Shown in pieces: positions 25,427-34,737 of a stretch of 60,094 nt of DNA. Made by a program: the position numbers and the translations under genes. The notes beneath the pieces were generated by a model. It was not told where the DNA came from, did no database searches, and saw nothing but the letters and a program-made list of their open reading frames with translations. This stretch comes from Candidatus Micrarchaeota archaeon (GTDB lineage Archaea; Micrarchaeota; Micrarchaeia; Micrarchaeales; CABMGC01), in NCBI GenBank assembly GCA_021828295.1, contig JAKASF010000003.1, forward strand, positions 1-60,094, in the 5' to 3' direction. The stretch's first letter is position 1, and every line of letters starts with the position of its first letter.

Positions 25427-25963
25427 ATGCTTATGCAAGAGATCAAGATACCGAGCGGGGTCAAACTCGAGCTGCAGAACGAGGGCAGCGAGATAACGAT
25501 CAGCGGCAAGCTCGGATCCACGCGCAAGCACGTGAACACGAGGCTGCTCTCGGCCGAGCTCAACGGCGATACCCTCTCCATAAAGGAGACGAAGCACAAG
25601 AAACTTGCAAAGAAATCGGCCCTTGCCGCGCAGTCTCTGGCTTCGGAGATAAGCAGGGCGGTATCGGGAGTGGAAGGTGGCCTGGAGAAGCACATGAGGA
25701 TCGTGTTCGCCCACTTCCCGATGTCCATGGAGATAAAGGACGGGAAGGTGATGGCGAAGAACGTTCTCGGAGAGAAGAAGCCCAGGGTGGCGAAGATAGT
25801 CGGCGCCACCAAGGTGGAGATAAAGGGGCAGGAGGTAATGGTCAAGGGCGTAGATCCATACGACGTGGGCCAGACGGCAGCAAACATACACAGGCTCTCG
25901 TTCGCCAGGCGCAAGGACTCGCGCGTCTTCCAGGACGGCATATTCTACGTGGCTGAGGAATGA
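25427..25963 (+). CDS. rpl6: 50S ribosomal protein L6 (uL6)
   Basis: Reads MLMQEIKIPSGVKLELQNEGSEITISGKLG in the frame of track ORF 25106..25963. ATG 25433 is an alternative start. Confidence 0.9.
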   Translation: MLMQEIKIPSGVKLELQNEGSEITISGKLGSTRKHVNTRLLSAELNGDTLSIKETKHKKLAKKSALAAQSLASEISRAVSGVEGGLEKHMRIVFAHFPMSMEIKDGKVMAKNVLGEKKPRVAKIVGATKVEIKGQEVMVKGVDPYDVGQTAANIHRLSFARRKDSRVFQDGIFYVAEE

Positions 25964-26328
25964 TCATGGTCAACAAGAAGAAAAAGCATCCGAAGTTCGT
26001 CGTGCCCAACTACGGGGCCAAGCACAGAAAGGGCGTGCCGGCCAGATGGAGGGCGCAGAGAGGAATAGACAACAAGAAGAGGATAGAGAAGCAGGGCTAC
26101 GGGGCCAGCCCGAAGATCGGGTACAAGAACGCCGCGGAGCTGAGATTCGCAAGGAAGGACGGCAGCATGGAGACGCTGGTCCACAACGAGGCCGAACTCC
26201 TGGAAGTGCAGCCCAATTCCGCCAGCGTGGCGGTATTCGCCCACGGCCTCTCGAGGAAGACGCGCGCCTATCTGCAGAAGGTGGCCGACGGGAAGGGGAT
26301 AAGGATAATCAACAGGTTAAGGAAATGA
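25960..26328 (+). CDS. rpl32e: 50S ribosomal protein L32e (eL32)
   Basis: 122 aa. HPKFVVPNYGAKHRKGVPARWRAQRGIDNKKR. Confidence 0.9.
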   Translation: MIMVNKKKKHPKFVVPNYGAKHRKGVPARWRAQRGIDNKKRIEKQGYGASPKIGYKNAAELRFARKDGSMETLVHNEAELLEVQPNSASVAVFAHGLSRKTRAYLQKVADGKGIRIINRLRK

Positions 26329-26798
26329 GCGTAAAATTCGCAAGAAGGGTCGCAAGCCAGATTCTTGGCAGGGGCGAGAGCTCCCTGAGGATGAGGCCCG
26401 AGTCGATGGACGAGATAAAGAAGGCGATCACGCGAGACGACATAAGGAAGCTGATAAAGGACGGCGCGATAGTGGCTGCGAAGCCAAAATGGGAGCTGCA
26501 CAAGCCCGCGAAGACGGAGAAGAGGAAGAAGGGGAGAGGGAAGAGAAGGGGCAGCGCAAAGGCGAGGCAGGGCAGGGTCTGGGAGAAGAAGGTGAGGAGT
26601 CAGAGGTTGCTGCTCAGGAGGCTAAAGCTCATGGGCAAGGTCGACAGGCCGATGTTCAAGAAGTATTATCTGCTCGTCAAGGGAAACGCGTTCGCAGACA
26701 AGAAGTCGCTCCTGCTGCACCTCGCCGATGACGGCGTTAAGGTGAACGACGAGGAGATAAAGCAGATAAACGAGTTCGCGAGGAACGCGTACAGGTGA
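26325..26798 (+). CDS. rpl19e: 50S ribosomal protein L19e (eL19)
   Basis: The internal ATG overlaps the L32e stop (ATGA). Reads MSVKFARRVASQILGRGESSLRMRPESMDEIKKAITRDDIRKLIKDGAI. Confidence 0.9.
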   Translation: MSVKFARRVASQILGRGESSLRMRPESMDEIKKAITRDDIRKLIKDGAIVAAKPKWELHKPAKTEKRKKGRGKRRGSAKARQGRVWEKKVRSQRLLLRRLKLMGKVDRPMFKKYYLLVKGNAFADKKSLLLHLADDGVKVNDEEIKQINEFARNAYR

Positions 26799-26802
26799 GC
26801 TT

Positions 26803-27372
26803 ATGATCAAGGCAATACACGAGGTAAAGTTCAGGAGGAGGCGCCAGGGGGTCACGGACTACAAGAAGAGACTCGCGCTCGTGAAGAGCGGCCTCGAGCG
26901 GGTCGTGGTGAGGAAGACCAACGCGAGAATCCTCGGGCAGGTGATAAGGTACACGGAGAAGGGCGACATCGTATCGGCCAGCGCGAACTCGGACGAGCTC
27001 GCGAAGAAGTACGGCTGGCCCAGCAGGGGCAACAGGCCCACCGCATACCTGACCGGCCTCATGCTCGCCAAGAAAGCGAAGGGAACTGGGGAGCTTGTGC
27101 TCGACATAGGGATAACGACCCCGGTTAGCGGCGCCATACCTTTTGTCTTCGCCAAGGGCTGCATAGATGGGGGAATGAAGCTGAAGGGAAGCTTCGAGAT
27201 TAAGGAGGAGGTGTACAACTCAACCCAAACAGCCAAGTACGCGGAGCAGCTCAAGGCGAAGCCAGACGCGCTGAAGAGGCAGTTCGGCGGCTACATCGCG
27301 AAGAACGTGCAGCCGGAGTCGCTTCCAAAGCTATTTAACGAGGTAAAGGAGAAGATATTGAAGAGTGGTTGA
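26803..27372 (+). CDS. rpl18: 50S ribosomal protein L18 (uL18)
   Basis: 189 aa. FRRRRQGVTDYKKRLALVKSGLERVVVRKTNARILGQVI. Confidence 0.95.
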   Translation: MIKAIHEVKFRRRRQGVTDYKKRLALVKSGLERVVVRKTNARILGQVIRYTEKGDIVSASANSDELAKKYGWPSRGNRPTAYLTGLMLAKKAKGTGELVLDIGITTPVSGAIPFVFAKGCIDGGMKLKGSFEIKEEVYNSTQTAKYAEQLKAKPDALKRQFGGYIAKNVQPESLPKLFNEVKEKILKSG

Positions 27373-28049
27373 TGAGTTTGTTTAGAGGAGGTTTCTACAG
27401 GAGAAGGCGCGAGGAGGAGGAGAAGCCAGCGTTCAACATAGCCGAGTGGACGCCGAGGACAAAACTCGGAGAGCAGGTCAAGGCCGGCCAGATCACCAGC
27501 ATAGAGCAGATATTCGCCATGGGCAAGCCCATCAAGGAGGTCGAGATAGTGGACGCGCTGCTTCCGGGACTCGAGGCAAAGAACATCGAGACGGCAAGCG
27601 TCCAGCGAATGACCAAGGATGCGAGGAAGATGAAGTACCGCACCACGGTGATAGTGGGCGACAGGAAGGGGCACGTAGGCCTCGGAGTGGGCAAGACCGT
27701 AGAGGTAAGGCCGGCGTTCGACGAGGCGGTGAAGGACGCGAAGATGCACATAATCAGCCTGACGCTAGGCTGCGGCTCGTGGGAGTGCAACTGCGGAACC
27801 GCGCACTCGCTCCCGATAACGCTGAGGGCCAAGGTCGGCACGGCCGAGATCATACTCAAGCCTGCTCCGAGAGGAGTCGGCGTCGTCGCCGGCGTTAACG
27901 CCAGGGCAGTCCTGGAGATCGCGGGAATAAAGGACGTCTGGACGTTCGCGAGGGGCAGGACGAGGGACAAGTACAACATGGCGCTTGCGACGTTCTGGGC
28001 CCTGAAGAGCCTTTCGGAGATGAAGAACGTCGAGAAGCTCAAGACCTGA
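27369..28049 (+). CDS. rps5: 30S ribosomal protein S5 (uS5)
   Basis: 226 aa. VQRMTKDARKMKYRTTVIVGDRKGHVGLGVGK...GVGVVAG. Confidence 0.95.
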   Translation: MMSLFRGGFYRRRREEEEKPAFNIAEWTPRTKLGEQVKAGQITSIEQIFAMGKPIKEVEIVDALLPGLEAKNIETASVQRMTKDARKMKYRTTVIVGDRKGHVGLGVGKTVEVRPAFDEAVKDAKMHIISLTLGCGSWECNCGTAHSLPITLRAKVGTAEIILKPAPRGVGVVAGVNARAVLEIAGIKDVWTFARGRTRDKYNMALATFWALKSLSEMKNVEKLKT

Positions 28050-28094
28050 TCTGTCTCAGAGATAGTGTTTTTAACCTTCCCGACCAAATAGCTT

Positions 28095-28210
28095 TGTCAA
28101 ACGGCCATAGGAGCGGGGTAACACCCGAACCCTTTCCGAACTCGGAAGTTAAGACCGCTCACGACGCGAAATACTGCACTTCGTGCGGGAAAGCGCGTTG
28201 CTGTTTGGCA
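28095..28210 (+). rRNA. rrf: 5S ribosomal RNA (ends approximate, plus or minus 3 nt)
   Basis: Terminal helix TGTCAAACGGC / GCTGTTTGGCA. Internal sequence CCATAGGAGCGGGGTAACACCCGAACCCTTTCCGAACTCGGAAGTTAAG matches the conserved archaeal 5S loop B/C region. T-rich TATA-like GTTTTTAAC lies about 25 nt upstream. Confidence 0.8.
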
Positions 28211-28217
28211 TCTGAAT

Positions 28218-28499
28218 GTGGTGGGTGATATGGTATCGGTAGCCGAGAGGAAGGAGCCCAAGCCAAAGGAACTGCCAGCACTGGCAAGGGACAGGGCACC
28301 GTCTGTTGTGGAGAAGCCCACGAATCCCATCTCTGCAGCCCAAAGGAAGTACCCTACAGAAGAGGAAAAGCCACTTGATGAGCACTTCAGGGCATACGGG
28401 ATGCTTGCCGAGGAGGTAGTGTTTGAGGGCAAATGTCATACCTGCGGCGGCGAATTGGACCCCTTCGGCCTATGCGCCCACGAGGCTCACGGGGACTAA
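28218..28499 (+). CDS. hypothetical small protein with C-terminal CxxC...CxxxH
   Basis: 93 aa with a GTG start (ATG 28230 is the alternative). Lys/Pro/Glu-rich N-terminal half. Ends with GKCHTCGGELDPFGLCAHEAHGD. No family recognised. Confidence 0.4.
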   Translation: MVGDMVSVAERKEPKPKELPALARDRAPSVVEKPTNPISAAQRKYPTEEEKPLDEHFRAYGMLAEEVVFEGKCHTCGGELDPFGLCAHEAHGD

Positions 28500-28504
28500 C
28501 CCGT

Positions 28505-29587
28505 TTACTTTGACCTGCTTATCAGGAAGTCGGCCATCTCCTTGAGCTTGTCCTTGGCCTTCGATGGCTTCAGCCTCCTGTCCACCTGCCTCCAGGCGTC
28601 CTTCACTATCTCCTCCTCGACCCTCTTGCAGTAAGCCTTCGCCCCCGACGTGTCGATTATTGCCACAGCCTCGTTCCTGAGCCTCTGGTCCTTGGTGTGC
28701 ATCTTCAGTATCTGTAGTAGCCTATTCCTGTCTTTCTGCGGAGAGTGTCTGAGCGCATAAATCACCGCAAGTGAGATCTTGCCCTCTGTTATGTCCTCGC
28801 CCACGCCGCCCTTTGTCTTGGACACGTCGCTACGAGTGATGTTCAAAACGTCATCCTGTATCTGGAATGCAACTCCCACAGTGGCGCCAAAATTGCCCAT
28901 TGCTTCGATCGTAGCGTCGTCTGCTTCGGCAAGAACCCCTGCAAGCTTGCAGGCCATTCTTGCAAGCACACCAGTCTTGTCGTATACCATCCGAAGATAA
29001 TGCTGCTCTGTTATCTTCTTCGGATCGACGAGGAATCTATGCCACGCAATGTCTGTGGCTTGGCCGGTCGTTACTCTGAGCATCTCTCTGGCATATACGG
29101 AAAGGAATTTGTTCTTGGTCTTCATCGACATCTTTTTGCTGTCAAGGAGCGCAACTATCGGAAAGAAGTACATGAAGTCGCCAAGGTTGTTCGCCACATC
29201 CAGCCCGTACTTTATATGGACTGCCGGCGCGCCCCTCCTGAAGTCAGATGCGTCTTCGATATCGTCGTGCACCAGCGTAGCGTTGTGTATGACTTCCGGC
29301 ACCAGGCAAAATTCGCTGTATGTCTTAGGGTCCTTGCCCAGAGCCTCAATCATGAGAGACATTAGCACCGGCCTCCATCTCTTCCCGCCGAGGTTGAGAA
29401 GGTACCATGCGGGTTCCATGATGGCCTTGCTTAGCGCCTCATGGTGATACTTGTACCCGGATCTCCCGAGAAGTTTTCCTATGTACCTATCCGATGACTC
29501 GGTTGCAAGATATTCGGATAGCGTTTTGTTTACTTCTGAGGCTCTGCTATTCAAATAAGCTTCAAAGTCTCCATCTTTCATGTGCAA
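28505..29587 (-). CDS. idsA: polyprenyl (geranylgeranyl) diphosphate synthase
   Basis: 360 aa. First Asp-rich motif LVHDDIEDASDFRRG, second FQIQDDVLN. Confidence 0.9.
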   Translation of the reverse strand: MHMKDGDFEAYLNSRASEVNKTLSEYLATESSDRYIGKLLGRSGYKYHHEALSKAIMEPAWYLLNLGGKRWRPVLMSLMIEALGKDPKTYSEFCLVPEVIHNATLVHDDIEDASDFRRGAPAVHIKYGLDVANNLGDFMYFFPIVALLDSKKMSMKTKNKFLSVYAREMLRVTTGQATDIAWHRFLVDPKKITEQHYLRMVYDKTGVLARMACKLAGVLAEADDATIEAMGNFGATVGVAFQIQDDVLNITRSDVSKTKGGVGEDITEGKISLAVIYALRHSPQKDRNRLLQILKMHTKDQRLRNEAVAIIDTSGAKAYCKRVEEEIVKDAWRQVDRRLKPSKAKDKLKEMADFLISRSK

Positions 29588-29702
29588 TCACCTGCCTATT
29601 CCTACTTTCAGTAGGTCGCTCTTTACCATAGAAACTGTCTTTTATCACTATTTAAGCTTATGGTGTTAACTTCGTCAATCGCTTAAAGGTAAGTCATCCA
29701 TC

Positions 29703-30263
29703 GTGAATCATACCAATTTATTTATACCCCCAGAAACAACCAATTTGTTAGATTACATGGCACTAACAAGAACAGAGGGGAAAGTAGCGAGCGTTGCTAA
29801 GATAAGTACGGTTCCGTTTGGCATCGCATATGCCGAGCCAGGCATGCTGGCCAAGCTTGCGAGAGACCCCAATCAGCAAAAAACTTCCAAAACAGAAATC
29901 ACCAAGGTATTTACCCACAGGACCAATGGTGACAAAACCCGCGGAGTCTCATTCGCAGAGATCAAAGACAATAACGGGGAGGGCTACGCTGTAATCGAGC
30001 ATGTCAAGATAGGCGATACTGTAGTCCATGTGCTGTGGGGTATCGGCGACGATCTGCGCGGCACTAGGATATCGACTATGAACTCCTTCTTCTCCACAAC
30101 CATTCTCTCAGCCGCAAAAGAGTCAAAACAATTAGCCAAAGACGTGCTCTGGGACACGGTTGAGGTGGGCGATGGCATGCGTCATCGCACGCTATTCAGA
30201 GAAGGAGTATACGAGAGGAACTTCGATATAAGCGGATTTATCTCAGGAAAGCCTACAGCTTAA
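29703..30263 (+). CDS. hypothetical protein
   Basis: 186 aa with a GTG start (ATG 29757 is the alternative). No family recognised. Its end converges on and overlaps rpl11 by 4 nt. Confidence 0.45.
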   Translation: MNHTNLFIPPETTNLLDYMALTRTEGKVASVAKISTVPFGIAYAEPGMLAKLARDPNQQKTSKTEITKVFTHRTNGDKTRGVSFAEIKDNNGEGYAVIEHVKIGDTVVHVLWGIGDDLRGTRISTMNSFFSTTILSAAKESKQLAKDVLWDTVEVGDGMRHRTLFREGVYERNFDISGFISGKPTA

Positions 30264-30727
30264 ACCTTGAGCTCTCCGCTCTCTATCTTCGCTATTGCCT
30301 CTCTTGCAGGCATTCCCTCCACAGTTATGTTCATGCTCTTGCACGTGCCGGCGAGTTGCATCACTTTCTCCTTTAGCGAGTGCCCGTAGAGTGACTTCTC
30401 CTTGGCCTTCGCCACCTTTACCAGCTGCTCTATAGTTGTGTTGCCGACAACCTCATCCTTGGTCTTGGCGCCTTTCTGTATGCCAAGTTCCTTAAGTATT
30501 AGCGCGCTGCTTGGCGGCGAGCCTATCTCTACCCTGTAAGCCTTCGTGCCCGGATCAACCATTATCTTGACTGGCACCTTTATTCCAGCATACGCGCCGG
30601 TCTGCTTGTTTATCTCCTCTATTATCTTGGCTACGTTGACGCCCAGAGGGCCGAGCGCAGGGCCGAACGGCGGCCCGCTCGTGGCCTTGCCTCCTTCTAT
30701 CAATCCACTTATCGTTACTTCCGGCAT
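30260..30727 (-). CDS. rpl11: 50S ribosomal protein L11 (uL11)
   Basis: 155 aa. GGKATSGPPFGPALGPLGVNVAKIIEEIN. Confidence 0.95.
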   Translation of the reverse strand: MPEVTISGLIEGGKATSGPPFGPALGPLGVNVAKIIEEINKQTGAYAGIKVPVKIMVDPGTKAYRVEIGSPPSSALILKELGIQKGAKTKDEVVGNTTIEQLVKVAKAKEKSLYGHSLKEKVMQLAGTCKSMNITVEGMPAREAIAKIESGELKV

Positions 30728-30729
30728 AT

Positions 30730-31176
30730 CTACACCTTCTCTGCTTTCTGCACTATCCTTGCGATGTTGGCCTTTGTGGTCACAGGTATTGGCACTGCAA
30801 CATCCATAAGCTCTACCGTTATCTCCTCCTTCGTCGGCTCGACCTTGATTACCTTTGCCTTGTAGCCCTTGAAGGGCCCGCTCATGAACTCGATGGTGTC
30901 GTTCACGTTTATCTCCTGAACCACCTTCTTCACCTCGAGCATGCGGTTGAGCTCCTCCTCTGCGAGCGGCTTTGTGAGCATTCCCTTCACATGGGGTTCG
31001 TCGAGGATCAGCTCCCTGGCCGCGTTCTCGTCCTGCGCCTCAAGAATGAGGTAGCCGCGCATCCCCTCGGCCAGTATTATCGCATACACCGGTATGGTGC
31101 CCTTCTCTATCTTGTTCTGGAGTATGTCTGCAGTTATGCGCTCCTGGCTCGACGTTACCCTTACTATGAAATACAT
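30730..31176 (-). CDS. spt5: transcription elongation factor Spt5 (NusG)
   Basis: 148 aa. An NGN domain (IFAVRVT-like MYFIVRVTSSQE) plus a KOW motif (IEFMSGPFKGYKAKVIKVE). Confidence 0.9.
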   Translation of the reverse strand: MYFIVRVTSSQERITADILQNKIEKGTIPVYAIILAEGMRGYLILEAQDENAARELILDEPHVKGMLTKPLAEEELNRMLEVKKVVQEINVNDTIEFMSGPFKGYKAKVIKVEPTKEEITVELMDVAVPIPVTTKANIARIVQKAEKV

Positions 31177-31296
31177 CCTAATCCATCACTCTGCTCTGCT
31201 AAGCCCCTTAGATCATGAGAAGAAGCTTGCTCGAGAGCAATTATAGAATAATAAGTAGCAACCAATTTATATAGCTTGCCCAGAAGTGAGTCAGAA

Positions 31297-32073
31297 ATGA
31301 GGAAACCACGCAGAAATGCACGCGGATACGACCTCTACGGCAACATAGCGGTGATAGACGCCGAGCCGAGAAGAGCGCCAGGGCTGGCAAGGAGGCTGAT
31401 GCGCGAGAACAAGAACGTGGAGACCGTGCTCAGGAAGGGCGGCGCGGTTCGCGGCAGGTACCGCACCAGGAAATTTGTGTATGTCGCAGGAAGGAGGAAC
31501 TATCTGGCCACGTACAGGGAGAATGGCTGCATCTTCAGGTTCGATATACGCAAGACCTTCTTCTCCACCAGGCTCGCGTTCGAGCGCAAGCGTGTAAGCG
31601 ATTCTGCCAGGAACGGGGAGAACGTCGTGGTGATGTTTGCCGGCGTGGGCCCATATGCGATAGAGATCGCCAGGCAGAACAAGAGAGGCAGGGTTGTGGC
31701 TATAGAGCTGAACGCAGCAGCTTGCAGATACGCGAGGGAGAACGCGAAGCTGAACAAGACCGCTAACGTTGTGGTGGAGCACGGGGACGTTGACGCGTTT
31801 GTTGGCAAGTATTCGGGATTCGCAGACAGGATAGCGATGCCCCTGCCTGGCGACTCGTTCAGATTCCTGCCAGCGGCGCTGGGAATGGCGGCAAAGGGAT
31901 GCACTATCCACTACTACGCCTTCTGCAAGATAGGCGAGAGCGGTGACGAGGTCGCCAAGCTCAGGCTCTTCTTCTCGAAAAGGCGCAGGAAGTTCAGGCT
32001 GCTTGGCACAAGGATCGCTAGACCCTACTCGGCGAAGGATGCGGAGCTGGCGATAGATTTCAGGATCGATTGA
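31297..32073 (+). CDS. trm5: tRNA (guanine37-N1)-methyltransferase Trm5 / Met-10+ family
   Basis: YDLYGNIAVID..., FRFDIRKTFFSTRLAFERKRV, SAM motif VVVMFAGVGPYAIEIA, and DRIAMPLPG. ATG 31297 is preferred over TTG 31276. Confidence 0.8.
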   Translation: MRKPRRNARGYDLYGNIAVIDAEPRRAPGLARRLMRENKNVETVLRKGGAVRGRYRTRKFVYVAGRRNYLATYRENGCIFRFDIRKTFFSTRLAFERKRVSDSARNGENVVVMFAGVGPYAIEIARQNKRGRVVAIELNAAACRYARENAKLNKTANVVVEHGDVDAFVGKYSGFADRIAMPLPGDSFRFLPAALGMAAKGCTIHYYAFCKIGESGDEVAKLRLFFSKRRRKFRLLGTRIARPYSAKDAELAIDFRID

Positions 32074-32110
32074 AAAGGCTATAAGTTTATCATTGGAAGG
32101 AATCGATTGG

Positions 32111-34054
32111 ATGAGGACGCAATCTGCGATCGAGTTTCTTACCACATATTCGTGGGCATTCCTGGTCATAGGACTATTCGTCGTCTCTGTGCTCTCGATA
32201 CTGGCGCTGCCGACATCCGGCACTCCAGTCTACCTGCCCTCCTTCTGTTACATCTCCCCATCGTTCCCCTGCTACCAGGCGCTGGTCCTGACAAACTCGA
32301 TAGGTGCCAACTTCATGGTTCTATTCCAGAATAACCTTGGGGCACAAATCCTCTTCCAGCAGCCCAATTCCATAGTCGTGACGCCCTCGCTCTACGGCGG
32401 CGCCTCGTACGGCGGCTCCTGCTACCCGCTCAGCGCCATAATAGGGGCCACGGTGATATGCAACGTAAGCATAGTTGGCAACACCTTCAGCACAGGCACC
32501 CAGCTCAGCCCCACGTTCACGCTCATCTATCAGATATGCACGCCCAGGTGCACCAAACAGGTATACAACACCAGCGGCACAGCCACGACTGTAGCAGAGC
32601 CGTACAAGCAGGTTATCTATCCGGTGCAGCTGCTCACCAGCCCCACCACGGGCAGCATAGCCCTCAATGGCGTGCACTACCCGAATGGCGCGAACGTGAT
32701 CTTCATCCTAGGTCAGAGCTACTCAATATCCGCCATTCCCCCGTCGCTCTACGGCTTCTCAAGTTGGAGCGCCAGCAGCAACGTCTTTGTCACGAGCACG
32801 TCGTTGCAGTCCACGACCGCCAACGCCGTTGGTAAGGGCTCTGTGACCGCGTCGTTCGTCGCGCTCGTCAGCACCTCTGTCTCCTCAACCGTATCAACGA
32901 GCGTATCCTCAACAAGCGTCTCCTCAACGAGCATCTCCTCCACCAGCCTTTCCACCAGCCTTTCCACCAGCCTTTCCACATCAATCAGCTCAACATCTGT
33001 CAGTTCAACATCGGTCTCTTCCCTCTCTACGACCACGACCACCATCCACTACGTTCCTATAACGCTGACGAACTCGCAGAGCTCCGCTACGCAATCCAAC
33101 TTCCAGCAGCAGATACCCTTCAATCCAAGCACCTATGGCAGCTACGCGAACGCTAACATGAGCAACATAGAGTTCACCACAGGAACGGGAGGGTCGGGCA
33201 CGGTGCTCGACGCATGGTGCGAGTCTGGCTGCTCGAATACGGCGACAAGCGCCACCGTATGGGTGAACCTGGGGTCCAGCACTATAGGTGCCAGCTCGAG
33301 CCTCACCATATACATGAACTTCATGAGCAGCGCCTCCCCCGTGACAAATGGCTATACCGGCTATGCCCCGCAGCTCTACTGCGCCAGCGGCTGCCAGCAG
33401 ACAAGCTACGGCCAGTATGACAATGGCGCGAGCGTGTTCTCGTTCTACGACAATTTCGCAGGCTCAAGCCTCTCGTCCAAGTGGACCGAGCTGAACAGCG
33501 GTTCGATCTCCCTTACCGTCAGCAACGGCGTCACAATGCAAAATACAGCATACAACACAGGAGGCGGAATATCCAGCAGCAGCCAGTCCGTAGACAACGT
33601 CTTCGAAGGATATGCTTACGCCTTCACCACCACAGGAGGATCATATCCAAGCGTTGCAGTCGCAATGGGCCAGGGCCAGACTATGCCGAGCAGCGGCATA
33701 GCTCCAGATTCTTCGTACTTCACCGGCTTCACAAGCCTGAGCGGAACCAGCGGTGCGCTTAAAGTCATGTCGGCTAGCGGCGCCTCCACTACGCTTGTAA
33801 GCAGCGAGACCGTTCCAGCAGTCCCGTTCATCATGGGCATACAGTGGCCCCAATCTAGAAAAGAGATAAGCACTTTTGCAACCAGCTCATACTCCGCAAG
33901 CGACTCCACTGTCTCCCTGCCTTCATCATGGAATGACTATCTGGGGGTAAGCGCGGGTAGCGTAACTCGAAGCATATCCTTTTACTGGGCCAGGGGTAGG
34001 GTCTATCCTCCGAGCGGTACTATGCCCAGTACCAGCTTCGGCTCTGTAGTATGA
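32111..34054 (+). CDS. large type IV pilin-like (class III signal peptide) surface protein with Ser/Thr-rich stalk and DUF2341/LamG-like C-terminal region
   Basis: N-terminus MRTQSAIEFLTTYSWAFLVIGLFVV. S/T repeats run over about 32870..33050. HYVPITLTNSQSSATQSNFQQQIPF...ATVWVNLG resembles DUF2341, and the tail looks concanavalin-like. Confidence 0.75.
   Translation: MRTQSAIEFLTTYSWAFLVIGLFVVSVLSILALPTSGTPVYLPSFCYISPSFPCYQALVLTNSIGANFMVLFQNNLGAQILFQQPNSIVVTPSLYGGASYGGSCYPLSAIIGATVICNVSIVGNTFSTGTQLSPTFTLIYQICTPRCTKQVYNTSGTATTVAEPYKQVIYPVQLLTSPTTGSIALNGVHYPNGANVIFILGQSYSISAIPPSLYGFSSWSASSNVFVTSTSLQSTTANAVGKGSVTASFVALVSTSVSSTVSTSVSSTSVSSTSISSTSLSTSLSTSLSTSISSTSVSSTSVSSLSTTTTTIHYVPITLTNSQSSATQSNFQQQIPFNPSTYGSYANANMSNIEFTTGTGGSGTVLDAWCESGCSNTATSATVWVNLGSSTIGASSSLTIYMNFMSSASPVTNGYTGYAPQLYCASGCQQTSYGQYDNGASVFSFYDNFAGSSLSSKWTELNSGSISLTVSNGVTMQNTAYNTGGGISSSSQSVDNVFEGYAYAFTTTGGSYPSVAVAMGQGQTMPSSGIAPDSSYFTGFTSLSGTSGALKVMSASGASTTLVSSETVPAVPFIMGIQWPQSRKEISTFATSSYSASDSTVSLPSSWNDYLGVSAGSVTRSISFYWARGRVYPPSGTMPSTSFGSVV
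32941..32976 (+). repeat. 3 perfect tandem copies of a 12-nt unit (CACCAGCCTTTC) inside the coding S/T-rich stalk
   Basis: Read directly at 32941-52, 32953-64 and 32965-76. In frame, encoding (S)TSLSTSLSTSLS. Confidence 0.9.
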
Positions 34055-34057
34055 TTG

Positions 34058-34152
34058 CTACTTGTATATAGACCTGTAGACGTTGCCGCTGTCGTCGGTT
34101 ATGACTATGTCCTCGCCCTCGCACTCTATCAGGCAGGCCCGGCAGAGTATGC
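34058..34152 (-). pseudogene. orphan 3'-terminal fragment (last 30 codons plus stop) of the ferredoxin gene at 35433..35807
   Basis: Positions 34060..34152 are 91/93 identical to 35435..35527. The fragment would encode ILCRACLIECEGEDIVITDDSGNVYRSIYK followed by TAG. Confidence 0.8.
34060..34152. repeat. direct repeat copy A (93 bp), candidate att site
   Basis: Aligned by eye with 35435..35527 at an offset of 1375 bp, with mismatches only at 34070 and 34140. Confidence 0.9.
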
Positions 34153-34737
34153 GTCACGAATTGCATCAAGTCTTGAAGCAACTCTTCCTCCGAACTTTCT
34201 TTGGTACCTTCGGAGCTTCTCAGCGTCAGACGAAGCGAGAAGCTTATCAAAAACCTCTTCGCCTGGGCTTATCCTATAGTAGATGAAATCAAGCAGTGTC
34301 TTTTCCACGTCAGAGACTGGGACAAAGATGTCTCCGTACTTCAGATACTCGATACCAAAAAACACCCTTTCGGATATTCGCCTCACCTGCACCATGCGCC
34401 CCAGCTCTTTTCGCGGTCCCGGAACTGCCTTTGTGGTTGTGACTATCACCGGATTGGCCATCTGCGTCCATATTCTCCTTATCGTAAGCGCGTATTCCAA
34501 CCCATAGTAAAACGGCCTGAAGGCGAACCCCACAACCGCCTCATCTTTTTTGAAGGTGTACTTTCCCTTGCTTATCCTCAACAGTTCACCTGCCTTAACA
34601 AGCTTGTGCACGAATAACCTTGCATACGCCCCAGAAGCGCCCATGTTCGCAAGGAACCTTCTCGCGTCGCCTGAGGTGAATACAGGCTCTATCGCAAAGT
34701 GCGATGCGAATTCCTTCTTGTACTTCACTCCGACCAC
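34129..34737 (-). CDS. type IV toxin-antitoxin AbiEi-family antitoxin / transcriptional regulator
   Basis: 202 aa. N-terminal FTSGDARRFLANMGASGAYARLFVHKLVKAGELLRISKGKYTF is the AbiEi_4-type wHTH. 13-nt overlap with the upstream AbiEii gene. Confidence 0.7.
   Translation of the reverse strand: MVGVKYKKEFASHFAIEPVFTSGDARRFLANMGASGAYARLFVHKLVKAGELLRISKGKYTFKKDEAVVGFAFRPFYYGLEYALTIRRIWTQMANPVIVTTTKAVPGPRKELGRMVQVRRISERVFFGIEYLKYGDIFVPVSDVEKTLLDFIYYRISPGEEVFDKLLASSDAEKLRRYQRKFGGRVASRLDAIRDAYSAGPA

Noticed and set aside
28097-28439. Two minus-strand ORFs of 96 and 111 aa
   Set aside because: They overlap the 5S rRNA gene and are antisense to the plus-strand ORF at 28218..28499. Composition is not protein-like.
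31291-32223. 310-aa minus-strand ORF
   Set aside because: Antisense to trm5, which has clear SAM-methyltransferase motifs. Composition is typical of a shadow ORF.
32868-33050. Repetitive DNA that could be mistaken for a satellite or degenerate CRISPR-like array
   Set aside because: The repeats are 12-nt, in frame, and encode a Ser/Thr-rich stalk within a long ORF. There are no spacers of unique sequence. No CRISPR array was seen anywhere in the window.
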